Numbered from the whole stretch's first letter, positions 18,521-29,902 are shown. The stretch is DNA of 62,992 nucleotides, filler included, from Chthonomonadaceae bacterium (GCA_035650735.1; 4 parts of 4 records of this genome joined end to end with filler, not necessarily neighbours in it), one strand, 5' to 3'. The notes: a model not told the origin generated them from the sequence alone. Program-made: numbers and translations.

Positions 18521-19075
18521 ACCTTCGGCCTGGAAGAGATGCAGGCCGGGGGAGTAGCCGCCGCGCATGGCGGGGACTGTGGGCCGGCGCGCAAACCGCT
18601 GGAGGTGCGCCTGCTGGAGTGCGCCGGGCAGGCGGTGGTGGAGGAGGCGCGCGCTATCGGCTCTATCCCGCTGGGTGGGGCGAGCCTGACCGGCGCCGGC
18701 GCGCTGTCCAATGTCGGCCACATCATCCACCTGGGATGCCGTACGCCCGACGCCCCGGCCTACGCCGATAGCCTCTGGGATAGCGTTCAGTCTGCCCTGA
18801 TCCTGGCAGACGGGCACGGCTTCAAAACGCTCATTCTGCCTAATCTCGGCGCCGGCAAGAACGACTACGCCGCTGAGGCCGCCGCGCCGATGGCCCTGGA
18901 GGCCATTCTCAACTACATGCGGCATCTCGCCAGGTTTGGCCGGGAGAGCGGCATTGAGACCATCTACCTGGCCGCCGATACGCCGCATGAGGAGGTTGTC
19001 TGGCAGCGGGCGCTCCTCAAATACATGCCCGAGCCGCTGGCGGCGCTCCTCGAAGCCCATGACGAGGGCGAATAG
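18521..19075 (+). CDS. Macro domain protein, 5'-truncated
   Basis: GGVAAA, GGASLTGAGAL..VGHIIH, LILPNLGAG resemble macrodomain motifs. Confidence 0.65.
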   Translation, partial: TFGLEEMQAGGVAAAHGGDCGPARKPLEVRLLECAGQAVVEEARAIGSIPLGGASLTGAGALSNVGHIIHLGCRTPDAPAYADSLWDSVQSALILADGHGFKTLILPNLGAGKNDYAAEAAAPMALEAILNYMRHLARFGRESGIETIYLAADTPHEEVVWQRALLKYMPEPLAALLEAHDEGE

Positions 19076-19104
19076 CCGCGACACCGCGTCGGTGCAAGGG
19101 ATTT

Positions 19105-19866
19105 ATGGAGATCAGGGTAGCGTTTTTGCCGGAGCAGGCGGGAGATGTCTCCGGGGCGGTGTGCGTGGTGGTGGACGTGCTGCGGGCGACGACAGTGATC
19201 GCGACACTGTTTGCGCGCGGCTGTCCGCGCGTCTATGTGACGGCCTCCCACGAGGCCGCGCGGGCCTTTGCGCGGGAGCGCGGCTACGTCCTCTGCGGCG
19301 AGACCGGCGGCTACAAGGTGCCCGATTTTGACTACGGCAACTCGCCGGTCGAATTTGCCGCGCTGGACTTCACGGGGCGACCGGTTGTCCTCTCCACCAC
19401 CAACGGCACGAAGGCGGTCGCGGCGGTGGCCGGGGCGCGGCGCGTGCTGCTCGGCGCGGCGGTCAACCGCCGGGTCGTGTCGCAGGCGGCCTGGCAGGCT
19501 GCGCGGGAAACGAGCTCGGATATCGTGATCGTCTGCGCGGGAACGGAGACCCAGTTCACGCTGGAGGATGCGACGGTCGCCGGGCTCTACGTGGAGGCCA
19601 TCGCGGCGCAGGCGGGCGCGTGGGAGATGCCGGAGCAAGCCGACTCCGCCATCGCCGCACGGCGGCTCTGGCAGGCTGAGCCGAACCTGCTGCGCGGCTG
19701 GATAGAAGGACACCACGCGCAGACATTAGCCGACCGGGGATTCGGGGAAGACCTGGGCTATTGTGCCGCCATAGACACGCTCTCCATCGTTCCTACGCTG
19801 GTCTCCGAAGCCGACGCCATGCAAGTAAGCGCGCCCGTGCTGTTAGCTCAGGAATCGGGCGAATAA
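19105..19866 (+). CDS. comB: 2-phosphosulfolactate phosphatase family protein
   Basis: VVVDVLRATTVI, LCGE.GG, FDYGNSP.E, LSTTNGT, VCAG, F.LED. Confidence 0.9.
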   Translation: MEIRVAFLPEQAGDVSGAVCVVVDVLRATTVIATLFARGCPRVYVTASHEAARAFARERGYVLCGETGGYKVPDFDYGNSPVEFAALDFTGRPVVLSTTNGTKAVAAVAGARRVLLGAAVNRRVVSQAAWQAARETSSDIVIVCAGTETQFTLEDATVAGLYVEAIAAQAGAWEMPEQADSAIAARRLWQAEPNLLRGWIEGHHAQTLADRGFGEDLGYCAAIDTLSIVPTLVSEADAMQVSAPVLLAQESGE

Positions 19867-20442
19867 GGACCTTGGATCTTCAAGGGCAATATCCCGCCCT
19901 GCCCGCCCCAGGGCAAGCGTAGTTCTACCGGTCACTGCACGACCTCTGTAAAACGCCTCCGGGTCGGTCTACCTACCCTGGTGTGGCGCCAGAGCTTTAG
20001 CCCCCGTCTCCCCCTGCCGCCTCCTGGCCAAATACCGTAACACTGCGGGCACGCATCCCCCGGCCCTTTCGGGAATAATTCGATGGGACGCCGAAATCAA
20101 GAGTCCTCCCAACCTGAGAACAAGCGCTAACAGCGCCCACGCGCGCCAGCGGCGCCTGCTTGGCGACCCAGTAAAGTTTTCCTAATCGTGCGCGGCTCGG
20201 GAGAGCAGGCCGCCCGTTGACATAAAAACCAGGCCCACGTTTTCCTAAAGAGCGCGGGGAAGGAGTTCGCAAACTCCTGCGGACGGGGCCGGAGAGCGCA
20301 GCAATTTTGCGCTCTCCGGCCCCCGTTTTTGGCTCTGTCTACCTGTTGCAACACGGGCAAATGCGGTACAATAGCCTCTGAGGCAAATCCGGCTGCAATG
20401 TCCGGGCCGATAGCGCCCATCCCCACCCTGGAGTGTCCCGCC

Positions 20443-21291
20443 ATGCCCGCCCGCAAATCCTCCGCCCGCAAGCCGTCCGCCAAGAAGAGCTCGGGGCGCA
20501 AGCCCACGCTCAGCCCCACCCGCATTGCCACCTATCTGGAGTGCGCTGTCCGCTACAAGTACATCTATGAGGATAAGATTGGGCGTTTCTTCATGCGCGC
20601 CAAGCCCGGCTACAGTTTCGGCTCGACGCTGCACCACGTCCTTCAGCACTTCCACGCGGAGGGCGCCACACACAGCGCCGAGGAACTGATCGTGCGCATG
20701 GAGCAGACCTGGATTGGCGCGGGCTACGCAACGGACGAGCAGGAACAGGCCCACCGCGAGGCCGGCCAGCAGATCGTGCAGGCGTACCATGCCGCCCACC
20801 AGGAACGCCTCGCGGGACAGGTCGAAACCATTGCCACGGAAAAGACCCTCAGCTATGACATGGACCAGTTCAAGCTCTCCGGGCGCATTGACCGTATTGA
20901 CCGCCATCCCGACGGCAGCCTGGAGATCATAGACTACAAGAGCGGACGCTGGGAGACGACCTCCGACGAGGTTGCCGGGGATCTGGCGATGTGCTGCTAC
21001 CAACTGATCCTCAAACGCTTACACCCCGATGCCCGCGTCTTTGCCACCATCTACTGCCTGCGCTCCGGAAATCAGGCCTCCGCCGAGCTCTCGGAGGAAG
21101 CGCTGGATCAGTTTGAGCGCGACATCCGCCAGATCGGCGCGGAGATTCTGGATCGCGACTTCAGCCAGGCGGAACCTGTCCGCAAGGACATCTGCCCGGA
21201 ATGCGAGTTTCTGCCTGTCTGTGAACGCTTCTGGCGCAACAAAGCGCGCCGTGAGCGCCTGGATGTCCCTCCCTCCCCGGACGGTGGTTAA
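20443..21291 (+). CDS. PD-(D/E)XK nuclease, RecB/AddB/Cas4-like with four-Cys Fe-S motif
   Basis: LSPTRIATYLEC, FGSTLH, GRIDRID, IIDYKSG, CPECEFLPVC. Confidence 0.88.
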   Translation: MPARKSSARKPSAKKSSGRKPTLSPTRIATYLECAVRYKYIYEDKIGRFFMRAKPGYSFGSTLHHVLQHFHAEGATHSAEELIVRMEQTWIGAGYATDEQEQAHREAGQQIVQAYHAAHQERLAGQVETIATEKTLSYDMDQFKLSGRIDRIDRHPDGSLEIIDYKSGRWETTSDEVAGDLAMCCYQLILKRLHPDARVFATIYCLRSGNQASAELSEEALDQFERDIRQIGAEILDRDFSQAEPVRKDICPECEFLPVCERFWRNKARRERLDVPPSPDGG

Positions 21292-21498
21292 ACGACTCCG
21301 CAGCTTCCGTGCGGACTCATTTTGTGAAGCGGCATCGGCGAAGTCTGGCCGCCAAGGGACGTAAAGCTCCTTTCCTTCCAAAGCAGCCGCACTCGCGCGT
21401 GATCACCTCTCGAAAACTCGGTCTTCACCCATAATTCTGCCGGATCAGCTATCCCTCCGATAATATTGCTGACAAAACCGGCAATCTCTACAGTCGGC

Positions 21499-21515
21499 TT
21501 GGCACGTGCTGTGCA
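21499..21515 (+). promoter_or_regulatory. Candidate sigma54 (-24/-12) promoter
   Basis: TTGGCACGTGCTGTGCA = GG-N10-GC, about 185 nt upstream of a PEP-CTERM gene. Confidence 0.5.
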
Positions 21516-21699
21516 CGAGACCAGATCGAACTCTGAATCTGGGGCACGGTACTTCCGGCTGCGCACATGCGCGCGTGCCGGCACAAGCCAGGCACCCTTA
21601 CACCCCACACGCGCTGTGATTGGAGTGGTACACAGCCACAATCCCTACGAGCACGCTCCTCCGACCCAGGCAACGCGGCTCATCTCTAAGGAGAACCTG

Positions 21700-22386
21700 A
21701 TGAAGAGATTGCTGTTGTTGTGCACACTGGGCCTGGCGACCCTCGGCGCTGCCGGGCAGGTCGCCTCCGCCGATATTAACGTGTTTGTCGGCTATGCCGA
21801 CAACCTGCGCCCCAGCCCCTTTTTCCCGTCCCCCTGGGATGGCGATCCGGGCGTCATCTTCCTGGGCCAGCATGGCGGCAGTTTCGACGGTGGGGCCATC
21901 CGCCTTCAGAATACCGGCCCCAGCGATGTTGTTTTAGGCCCCGGCGCGCACGTAGATGGCTTTAATAACGGCGCCAACTTCCAGCTCTGGGACGGCCTGA
22001 TCGGCACCGGCGTCACCATCCACCCCGGAGAGAATCTAGTTCTGACGCAAACGAGCGGAGAGAACTTCGATACCAGCGATCAAACCTCTGGCTCGCCGTC
22101 AAGCCCGGATACCAATCATCCGGTCATCCACCTGACGCTCAACAATCAAGCCCTCGACTTTGTTGACTCCGCGCAGGTGCTCAACACGGGCGGCTTTGAT
22201 CTGGCCGCGGTAAATAACTCGAATGAGTCGCTGCAGTGGCGGCCCATCGGCACCACCGGCATCGAGAATCCGGGCGGCAATCCCAACCCCGGAGGCGTGC
22301 CGGAGCCCGGTTCGATGGCCTTGCTGGGCAGCGGCCTACTGTGCCTGGGCGGTTTCGCCATCCGCCGCCGCGCGTCCCGCAAGTAA
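21700..22386 (+). CDS. PEP-CTERM sorting domain protein
   Basis: AAGGAG RBS, signal peptide MKRLLLLCTLGLA, C-terminal VPEPGSMALLGSGLLCLGGFAIRRR. Confidence 0.92.
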   Translation: MKRLLLLCTLGLATLGAAGQVASADINVFVGYADNLRPSPFFPSPWDGDPGVIFLGQHGGSFDGGAIRLQNTGPSDVVLGPGAHVDGFNNGANFQLWDGLIGTGVTIHPGENLVLTQTSGENFDTSDQTSGSPSSPDTNHPVIHLTLNNQALDFVDSAQVLNTGGFDLAAVNNSNESLQWRPIGTTGIENPGGNPNPGGVPEPGSMALLGSGLLCLGGFAIRRRASRK

Positions 22387-22588
22387 GCCCTCTAGCGGCA
22401 TCTGTTCCGCCCTTCGTCCTCTTCTCCTCTGGCTTTGCCGATGAGGGAAGAGGACGTTTTGCTGCCAGGCCGTGCCGGTCTGTTCGGTTGTGCTCCGATG
22501 CGCAGTCCGTTTGCCGGCAAAGAGGTGCTATACACCTGTTGACGAAATTCGGGATTAGGAGTAGAATAGCGAAAGGAGAAGCCTGCGA

Positions 22589-23455
22589 ATGATGGACGTT
22601 ATAGACGAGCAAAGTGAGCGCAGCGGCGAGGGACGTCCGGCGCGCAGCGGGGAGCGGACCGAGCGCGTCACCGTGCCGAGCCTGCGCCAACGCAAGCCGA
22701 ACGGCGAAAAGATCGTAATGCTGACCGCCTACGATTACCCGTCCGCGCGTCTTGCCGACAGGGCAGGCGTGGATATTGTCTTCGTCGGCGACACCGCGGG
22801 CCGAATGCTGCTCGGCTATGACAACACAATTCCGGTGACGCTGGAGGAGATGCTGATCCTGGTGCGCGCGGCGCGGCGGGGGGTGCGCCATGCGCTGCTG
22901 CTGGCCGACATGCCCTTTGGAACGTATCAGGTCAGCCCGGAGGAGGCGATTCGCAACGCGGCGCGTCTCTTGAAAGAGGGCGGCGCGCAGGCGGTGAAGC
23001 TGGAGGGCGGCGCTCCCGTCGTGGAGACGGTGCGCCGCTTGACGGAGGCGGGCATCCCGGTCATGGGCCATTTAGGGCTGACGCCTCAATCGGTCTATAT
23101 ACTCGGCGGCAATCGCGCCCAGGGCAAAGACCCGGACGCCGCGCAGCGCATGATGGAGGATGCCCATGCCCTGGAGGCGGCGGGCGCCTTCGGCCTGGTG
23201 CTGGAAGCGATTCCGGCCGCGCTGGCCGCCGAGATCACCGCCGCGCTCACCATTCCGACTATCGGCATCGGGGCCGGCGTCCACTGTGATGGGCAGGTAC
23301 AGGTCTGGCACGACCTGCTGGGCATCTATCCGGGTAAACTCTATCGTCACGTCAAGCGCTATGCCGAAATCGGGGACATGATGGAGGCGGCCATCCGCGC
23401 CTACGCTGAGGAGGTGCGGCAGCAGCAATTTCCCACCAAGGAGCACAGCCTCTAA
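22589..23455 (+). CDS. panB: 3-methyl-2-oxobutanoate hydroxymethyltransferase
   Basis: MLTAYDY, VGD, ADMPF, VKLEGG, GHLGLTPQ, IGIGAG. Confidence 0.97.
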   Translation: MMDVIDEQSERSGEGRPARSGERTERVTVPSLRQRKPNGEKIVMLTAYDYPSARLADRAGVDIVFVGDTAGRMLLGYDNTIPVTLEEMLILVRAARRGVRHALLLADMPFGTYQVSPEEAIRNAARLLKEGGAQAVKLEGGAPVVETVRRLTEAGIPVMGHLGLTPQSVYILGGNRAQGKDPDAAQRMMEDAHALEAAGAFGLVLEAIPAALAAEITAALTIPTIGIGAGVHCDGQVQVWHDLLGIYPGKLYRHVKRYAEIGDMMEAAIRAYAEEVRQQQFPTKEHSL

Positions 23456-23457
23456 TC

Positions 23458-24345
23458 ATGCGAACGTTTGAGCATATTGGCCCGCTGCGCACCTATCTGC
23501 GCGGCCTGCGCGCCGAGGGCAAAACGGTCGGCTTTGTCCCGACTATGGGAGCGCTGCATGCAGGGCACCTGACGCTGATCCGGCGGGCGAAATCCGATTG
23601 CGACGTGACGGTGATCTCCGTCTTTGTCAACCCCACCCAGTTCGGCCCGCACGAGGACTTTGCCGCCTATCCACGCAACCTGGGCCGCGATCAGAAGCTG
23701 GCTTCCGATGAGGGCGTGGATGCCCTGTTCGCGCCTTCCGTGGAGGAGCTGTATCCTGCCGGCTTCCAGACATCGGTGGAGGTAGCGGAACTGAGCGCGG
23801 TGCTGGAGGGCGCGCGCCGCCCAGGCCATTTCCGGGGCGTGGCGACGGTGGTGACGAAGCTGTTCAACATCGTCCAGCCCGACCGGGCCTACTTCGGGCA
23901 GAAGGACTACCAGCAGCTGCTCCTCATCGAGCGGCTGGTGCGCGACCTGAATATCCCGACGACGATTGTGCCGGTGCCGACGGTGCGGGAGCCGGACGGC
24001 TTAGCCATGTCCTCGCGCAACGCCTACCTGTCGCCGGAGGAGCGCCGTGCCGCCACCGTGCTCTATCGTGCCCTACAGCGCGCGGAGGAGCTCGTCAAAG
24101 CCGGTGCCACCGATCCGGTCCAGGTTCAGGCGGAGCTGGAAGCGCTTATCGCCTCAGAGCCGCTGGCACAGAGCGATTACGTCGCCCTCGTCCATCCGGA
24201 TACCCTTCAGCCGGTGACGACGCTGGCCGACGCGGTCACGCTGGTCGCCCTGGCCGTCCGCATCGGCAAGGTCCGCCTGATCGATAACGCGCTGATCGCC
24301 CCCAACGGCGTGCCCATCGTCCGCAATCGCCTCGGCAAGAGCTAG
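23458..24345 (+). CDS. panC: Pantoate--beta-alanine ligase
   Basis: VPTMGALHAGH, FVNPTQF, RPGHFRGV, FGQKDYQQ, DGLAMSSRN, RLIDN. Confidence 0.97.
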   Translation: MRTFEHIGPLRTYLRGLRAEGKTVGFVPTMGALHAGHLTLIRRAKSDCDVTVISVFVNPTQFGPHEDFAAYPRNLGRDQKLASDEGVDALFAPSVEELYPAGFQTSVEVAELSAVLEGARRPGHFRGVATVVTKLFNIVQPDRAYFGQKDYQQLLLIERLVRDLNIPTTIVPVPTVREPDGLAMSSRNAYLSPEERRAATVLYRALQRAEELVKAGATDPVQVQAELEALIASEPLAQSDYVALVHPDTLQPVTTLADAVTLVALAVRIGKVRLIDNALIAPNGVPIVRNRLGKS

Positions 24346-24410
24346 ACGGCAGACCTCAGGCGCTCGAACGGCCAATAGCTGCCTTTTGCGGAGTTTTGGC
24401 TAATTCAATC

Positions 24411-24439
24411 TTGACAGAACCTGGGGAGCATGGTATCAT
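24411..24439 (+). promoter_or_regulatory. Sigma70 promoter of tRNA-Asn
   Basis: TTGACA-17 nt-TATCAT with TG extension. Confidence 0.8.
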
Positions 24440-24482
24440 AATTATTGCGCGCCGTGCAGTATCAGGGTGCGCGTTTTCATGT

Positions 24483-24554
24483 TCCCCGCTAGCTCAATGG
24501 CAGAGCGTTCGGCTGTTAACCGAAATGTTGGTGGTTCGAGTCCACCGCGGGGAG
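24483..24554 (+). tRNA. tRNA-Asn(GTT)
   Basis: TCCCCGCTAGCTCAATGGCAGAGCG TTCGG-CTGTTAA-CCGAA ... GGTTCGAGTCC ... GCGGGGAG. Confidence 0.96.
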
Positions 24555-24604
24555 TATTACCCTCTCGTCGCAGTACAAAGTCTATAACTCACACCTTTCG
24601 TTTC

Positions 24605-24638
24605 AGGGCCATAGCATAGGCTGTGGCCCTTTCACTTT
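24605..24638 (+). terminator. Terminator downstream of tRNA-Asn
   Basis: AGGGCCATAGC-ATAG-GCTGTGGCCCT followed by TTCACTTT. Confidence 0.6.
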
Positions 24639-24749
24639 GCAGTCAATAGCTTACTCGGTCATTCCCTCAAAAAGCGAAAAGGCTACCTCATCTAGTATTC
24701 TGAGTCCCCTAGCCTCCTCTTATGAAAGCCGCCAGGAGTGAGTATGGTA

Positions 24750-26492
24750 TCACTGCAACTGGCCGCTGCCCTCTACTAACTTCCACATATGGTCCGCCGG
24801 AGCGGCGGGGATGTGGTCCACGATGCCGCTGGGCCACGTCACGACGAGCGAGGCCGATGTGGCCGCACCCAATCCGAAGTGCGCGCGCAGGTCACTGGCT
24901 GCGAGGTAGCTGGAGCCGCTGCGCACGTAGGTCACCTGGACCTGCCCGGCGGCCTGCGCGGTGATCCGCGCTCCAATGCCGTCCCGGTTGCTCTTCTTGC
25001 CCACCAGCTTGAGGGTGAGCCAGTGATTGGAGGTGGGCGTCTCGTTGTGCCAGAGATAGGCGGGACCGCCATTGCAGGTGAGAAGCACATCCAGCCTGCC
25101 GTCGTTATCATAGTCGCCCCACGCAGCGCCGCGCGCCACAAGCGGGCGCGTGAACGGCGCGCCGGAGGCGACGCCCACCTCATGGAAATGCCCGTTGCGG
25201 TCGTTTTGGTACAGAAACGGCTCTTCGGCATAGTGCACCTGGGGCTGCTCCTTCGCGATATTATCCTGGATGTGCCCGTTGGCCACAAAGAGGTCCTTCC
25301 ATCCGTCGTTGTCGTAATCGAAGAAGAACGTGCCGAAGGCCAGATAGTTCAGGCTCGGCGGCCCTACCCCGCTGGAAACCGTATCGTCCCGGTAGAGCGC
25401 TGCGCTCGCCTGGTCGTAGAGGGAGGTCTGCTGTCCCGAAAAGTTCGTAATGACGACGCTGCTCTGACCCTCGTTGTAAAGGTCGTTGACGTCAATGCCC
25501 ATGCCGGCGTGCGGCTGCCCCTGCTCGTCCGTGGCGATTCCCATCTGCATCCCTACCTCCTCGAATCGGTTATGGCCTAGATTGTGGAAGAGGAAGCCCG
25601 GCATGCCATCGTTGGTCACGTAGATATCGGGGCGTCCGTCATGGTCAACATCCCAGACGGCCACGCCCAGCGATTTGCCCGGCGTCGCAATCCCCGCGCT
25701 TTGGCTGATGTCGGTAAATGTTCCGTCGTGATTGTTATGGTAGAGCACGCAGTGCGAGGGCTTGAAGGCAGTTGGAATGGCATAGGCGCGCTCGCCCAAC
25801 GTATAGTAGGGAATATCGTCCTTGAGCGTGCGATAGGTGACGTAGTTGCAGACGAAGAGGTCTAGATAGCCGTCGTTGTCCACGTCCACCCAGGCGCAGC
25901 TTGTGCCCCACATGCCGTTGTTGGCGACCCCGGCGCGCTGCGTCACCTCGGTAAAGGCGCCCTGGCGATTATTGTGAAAGAGATGGCTCGGCCCCAGGGC
26001 GCAGGAGACATAGATATCGTCATAGCCGTCGTTATCGTAGTCTCCAACGGCCACGCCCATGGCGTACATCACGCTTTTATCCAGGCCGGCCTGATGGGTA
26101 ACGTCGGTGAAAGACCCGTTGCGGTTATTGTGATAGAGCCTGAGCGTCGGCCTGCCGTCCACATGCCCACCGGGCAACGGTGCGCCGTTCAGGAGCAGGA
26201 TGTCCAGGTAGCCGTCGTTGTCGTAATCGCCGAAGGCGCAGCCGGAGCCCATGGTCTCGACCAGGTATTTGGATGGTGTTCGGGAGGTGGTAGCGACGAA
26301 GTGGATACCGGCCTGTCCGGTCACATCGCTGAATTTGATCGCCGCCGCAGGAGCGCCCACCTGCCGCACGGGAGTCGGCCCGCTTTGACGGCGCGCTCCG
26401 CAGCCAATAAGGAATACCATCAGCAAGAGAAGGCCGCAACACGTGGTTACTCCTCTGCCTGAAGGCATGAAGCTTTGGGGTTGCGATTGCAA
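24750..26492 (-). CDS. CRTAC1 family protein (FG-GAP repeats + ASPIC/UnbV domain)
   Basis: Multiple DYDNDG..D repeats, SNRDGIGARI, SGSSYLA, HFGLG, WPSG; lipobox-like LIGC; TTG start after AGGAGG. Confidence 0.92.
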   Translation of the reverse strand: MQSQPQSFMPSGRGVTTCCGLLLLMVFLIGCGARRQSGPTPVRQVGAPAAAIKFSDVTGQAGIHFVATTSRTPSKYLVETMGSGCAFGDYDNDGYLDILLLNGAPLPGGHVDGRPTLRLYHNNRNGSFTDVTHQAGLDKSVMYAMGVAVGDYDNDGYDDIYVSCALGPSHLFHNNRQGAFTEVTQRAGVANNGMWGTSCAWVDVDNDGYLDLFVCNYVTYRTLKDDIPYYTLGERAYAIPTAFKPSHCVLYHNNHDGTFTDISQSAGIATPGKSLGVAVWDVDHDGRPDIYVTNDGMPGFLFHNLGHNRFEEVGMQMGIATDEQGQPHAGMGIDVNDLYNEGQSSVVITNFSGQQTSLYDQASAALYRDDTVSSGVGPPSLNYLAFGTFFFDYDNDGWKDLFVANGHIQDNIAKEQPQVHYAEEPFLYQNDRNGHFHEVGVASGAPFTRPLVARGAAWGDYDNDGRLDVLLTCNGGPAYLWHNETPTSNHWLTLKLVGKKSNRDGIGARITAQAAGQVQVTYVRSGSSYLAASDLRAHFGLGAATSASLVVTWPSGIVDHIPAAPADHMWKLVEGSGQLQ

Positions 26493-26937
26493 CGCTTTCC
26501 TCCTGATCACCGGGCAACCACACAGGTTAAAAAAGTGCTTGACGTACCAGCATAGAGCCTATATACTTAGATCATCGTTTCCGATGGCGATGAGCGCCAT
26601 CGTCTCTTCTTGTCCGGCGGCGAAGTCAGGCAGCGAACCCGTATTGGGCGATTGCAGGCCGCCTGGATGGTAACACCTCGACCCCTCTCACCGGCCGCGA
26701 TACCCTGGCCGCGATGCACTACACGCGTCGGATCGCGACGCATCCCGGTAACCACCTTATACAGGAGTAGCCTGCATTCCTTGTAACAGGAATTTCGCCA
26801 AAACCTAGCCCTCGCTTAATCGTCTTTATCCACATCAGCTATTCCCATCGCGGCCCTGGCAGGAGGAGGCGCAGCAGAGGTTGGCCTCCTGTCGAACGGT
26901 CAACCATCCAACCCTTGCTTCTCAGGAGGAGGCACTC

Positions 26938-27842
<905 letters not shown>

Positions 27843-27980
27843 GCGCGCGTTTCGTATAGCGACAGCAAGCGCTTCCGTCCCGTGGCCCCGCGCTTCGGGA
27901 CGGAAGCGTGTCGCGTGTAGCGCCCAGTCTTCGGGCCGGGCGAGAATGGAAACAAGCAAACAAATAAACAGGAGCCATCT

Positions 27981-28136
27981 ATGTCCATTGCTCGCAAGAA
28001 GCTGTTCGCGGGAGTGGTCCTGCTGGCAACCGCCGGCCTCTATCTCACGGTCTGGACCGGCTGCCATTCCGCTCCCGCACGGCCTCCAGAGAGTCCTCAT
28101 CAGCAAGCCCTGCGTAAGGCCAAGCGCGGCGATTGA
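27981..28136 (+). CDS. Small putative lipoprotein (51 aa)
   Basis: Manual: AGGAG RBS, MSIARKKLFAGVVLLATAGLYLTVWTGC|HSAPARPPESPHQQALRKAKRGD. Confidence 0.7.
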   Translation: MSIARKKLFAGVVLLATAGLYLTVWTGCHSAPARPPESPHQQALRKAKRGD

Positions 28137-28157
28137 CGCGGGCCGAAGGAATTCCGT

Positions 28158-28451
28158 ATGCTCCATAGACGTGTGCCGCCACGACTTGCGGCTCTGCTGC
28201 TCACAGGGGTTCTGCTGTGTGCCGTACTGATCGAAGGGGGCGCCTACTACTCCGGCGTTCAGGAAGAGGCGCGCGTCACTGCGCGCCGTCATCTGCCCGC
28301 GAACTACTGCATCTCGTGTCATTCCGACGCGCACTCGATGAAGGTAATGCGGGAGAAGGAAGACCGCGAAGGCGCCGAGCATCTGCCGGGCGGTTTCCTC
28401 GACCCGGATGCTGCCGGCGCCCACGCGCTTCCGCCTTCCGCGCTTAAGTAG
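28158..28451 (+). CDS. Small membrane-anchored protein with single CxxCH motif
   Basis: N-terminal TM then NYCISCH, with downstream Met residues as possible axial ligands. Confidence 0.6.
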   Translation: MLHRRVPPRLAALLLTGVLLCAVLIEGGAYYSGVQEEARVTARRHLPANYCISCHSDAHSMKVMREKEDREGAEHLPGGFLDPDAAGAHALPPSALK

Positions 28452-28478
28452 CCTCGTTCCGCAGCGACTCTTATCTGC

Positions 28479-29795
28479 ATGTCTCGACGTCCGCCAACCC
28501 CTGCCCGCTCGATGCCGACGCCCGCGCAGGCCGCACGGCCACTACGACCGAACCGCCGTGCCGCCATCCTGGTCGCGCTGGCGTGCGCCCTGGCAGCGCT
28601 GTGGCTTTGCACTCTGCCGCTGCGGGCGCGTCTGGCGCGCGAGACAGAGCGACTGAGGACCGAGGCACAGCGTCGCGAGCGTGAAGAGTCTGCCGCCCGT
28701 ATGCGGCAGGCCGCGCTGGCACAGGCGCTTCAGGCAGTCTCGGCCCAGCCCAACGACCCGCAGCGCCGTCTCCAGCTCTCGTCTCTGTACACCCTGCAAG
28801 GAGATTACCAGAGCGCGATTGACGAGGCGCGCATTGCGGAGAGATTAGCGCCCACCTCGGCAGCCCCGCACGATGCTCTCGGAGACCTCTACAATCGAGT
28901 CGGAGACATAGACCTAGCGCAGGACGAGCTGAAGAAGGCTATTGTCCTCCGCCCCGACGATACAGCCGCAGCGGCACTGCTCGCCTATCAGTACCTCTAC
29001 CTCGGCTGGACCGGGCAGGCTGAGGCGCTGCTGCGCCGTTCCCTCTCTCGCGAGCCTCTTAACGCGAACTTGCACGCCACCCTCGGCCTCGTCGCGTTCC
29101 AGGAGCACCACCTGGCGACGGCAGAGCGTGAGCTATTGGAAGCCCGCCGGCGGGCGCCGATGGACTCTTCGGTTTTCGCGCCCCTTTTCGATGTTTACCA
29201 GTTTTGGAAGAGGCCCGCCGACGCAATGCGGGTAGTCAACGAGGCGCTCCAGCACAAGCCCGATGACGCCGGATTACTGGCGCGTAAGGCCCAGGCGTTC
29301 CTCGACCTCGGAGACCCCGGCCATGCGATGGAGGCGGCAAACCAGGCGCTTCGCGTGGATGGGAATAATATGAATGCGCTCTATGTGCGCGCGCTGGCGG
29401 AGCGCGCGGGGGGAGATCGCGCGGCAGCTCTCCGCGATCTCCAACAGGTGGCGGACAAAGCTCCTGCCGCGCAGACCTTCATCCAGCTTGGCAGGCTGTA
29501 CCTTGAGGCCGGGGACCAATCGCGAGGACTGCGATATCTCGATCGGGGAAAACGCGCTCAGGCAGACCTCACGGGGCTCGCTCACGACATCACCGTCGTC
29601 AATGCGCGGCCCAACGATCCCGACGCACATCTGACAGCCGCGCGCTCCTATGTGCGGGTCCATGAAGACGCACGCGCAATCGTCGAGTTAAAGGAAACGC
29701 TCAAGCTGCGCCCGGGCGATGCTGCCGCACGCGCACTCTTAAAACAAGAACTACTCGCCCGTCACCGCACCGCCGAGGCGCAGAGACTCCGCTGA
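28479..29795 (+). CDS. Tetratricopeptide repeat protein, membrane anchored
   Basis: N-terminal TM and repeated TPR signatures (A...LG..Y...G....A.......AL...P). Confidence 0.85.
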   Translation: MSRRPPTPARSMPTPAQAARPLRPNRRAAILVALACALAALWLCTLPLRARLARETERLRTEAQRREREESAARMRQAALAQALQAVSAQPNDPQRRLQLSSLYTLQGDYQSAIDEARIAERLAPTSAAPHDALGDLYNRVGDIDLAQDELKKAIVLRPDDTAAAALLAYQYLYLGWTGQAEALLRRSLSREPLNANLHATLGLVAFQEHHLATAERELLEARRRAPMDSSVFAPLFDVYQFWKRPADAMRVVNEALQHKPDDAGLLARKAQAFLDLGDPGHAMEAANQALRVDGNNMNALYVRALAERAGGDRAAALRDLQQVADKAPAAQTFIQLGRLYLEAGDQSRGLRYLDRGKRAQADLTGLAHDITVVNARPNDPDAHLTAARSYVRVHEDARAIVELKETLKLRPGDAAARALLKQELLARHRTAEAQRLR

Positions 29796-29902
29796 CGCGC
29801 ATGGACGTGCTGTAATTCGCTGAGGCAGGTAATTTAGCCACCAGATTTCCACCTTCTGGGCTGTTTCCATCGCCCGCGGAGGTAGGTGATTTAGCCGGGG
29901 GC

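Noticed and set aside
20443..21291. Cas4-like nuclease as a partner of the CRISPR array
   Set aside because: It is on a different contig and has no cas1/cas2 or other cas neighbours.
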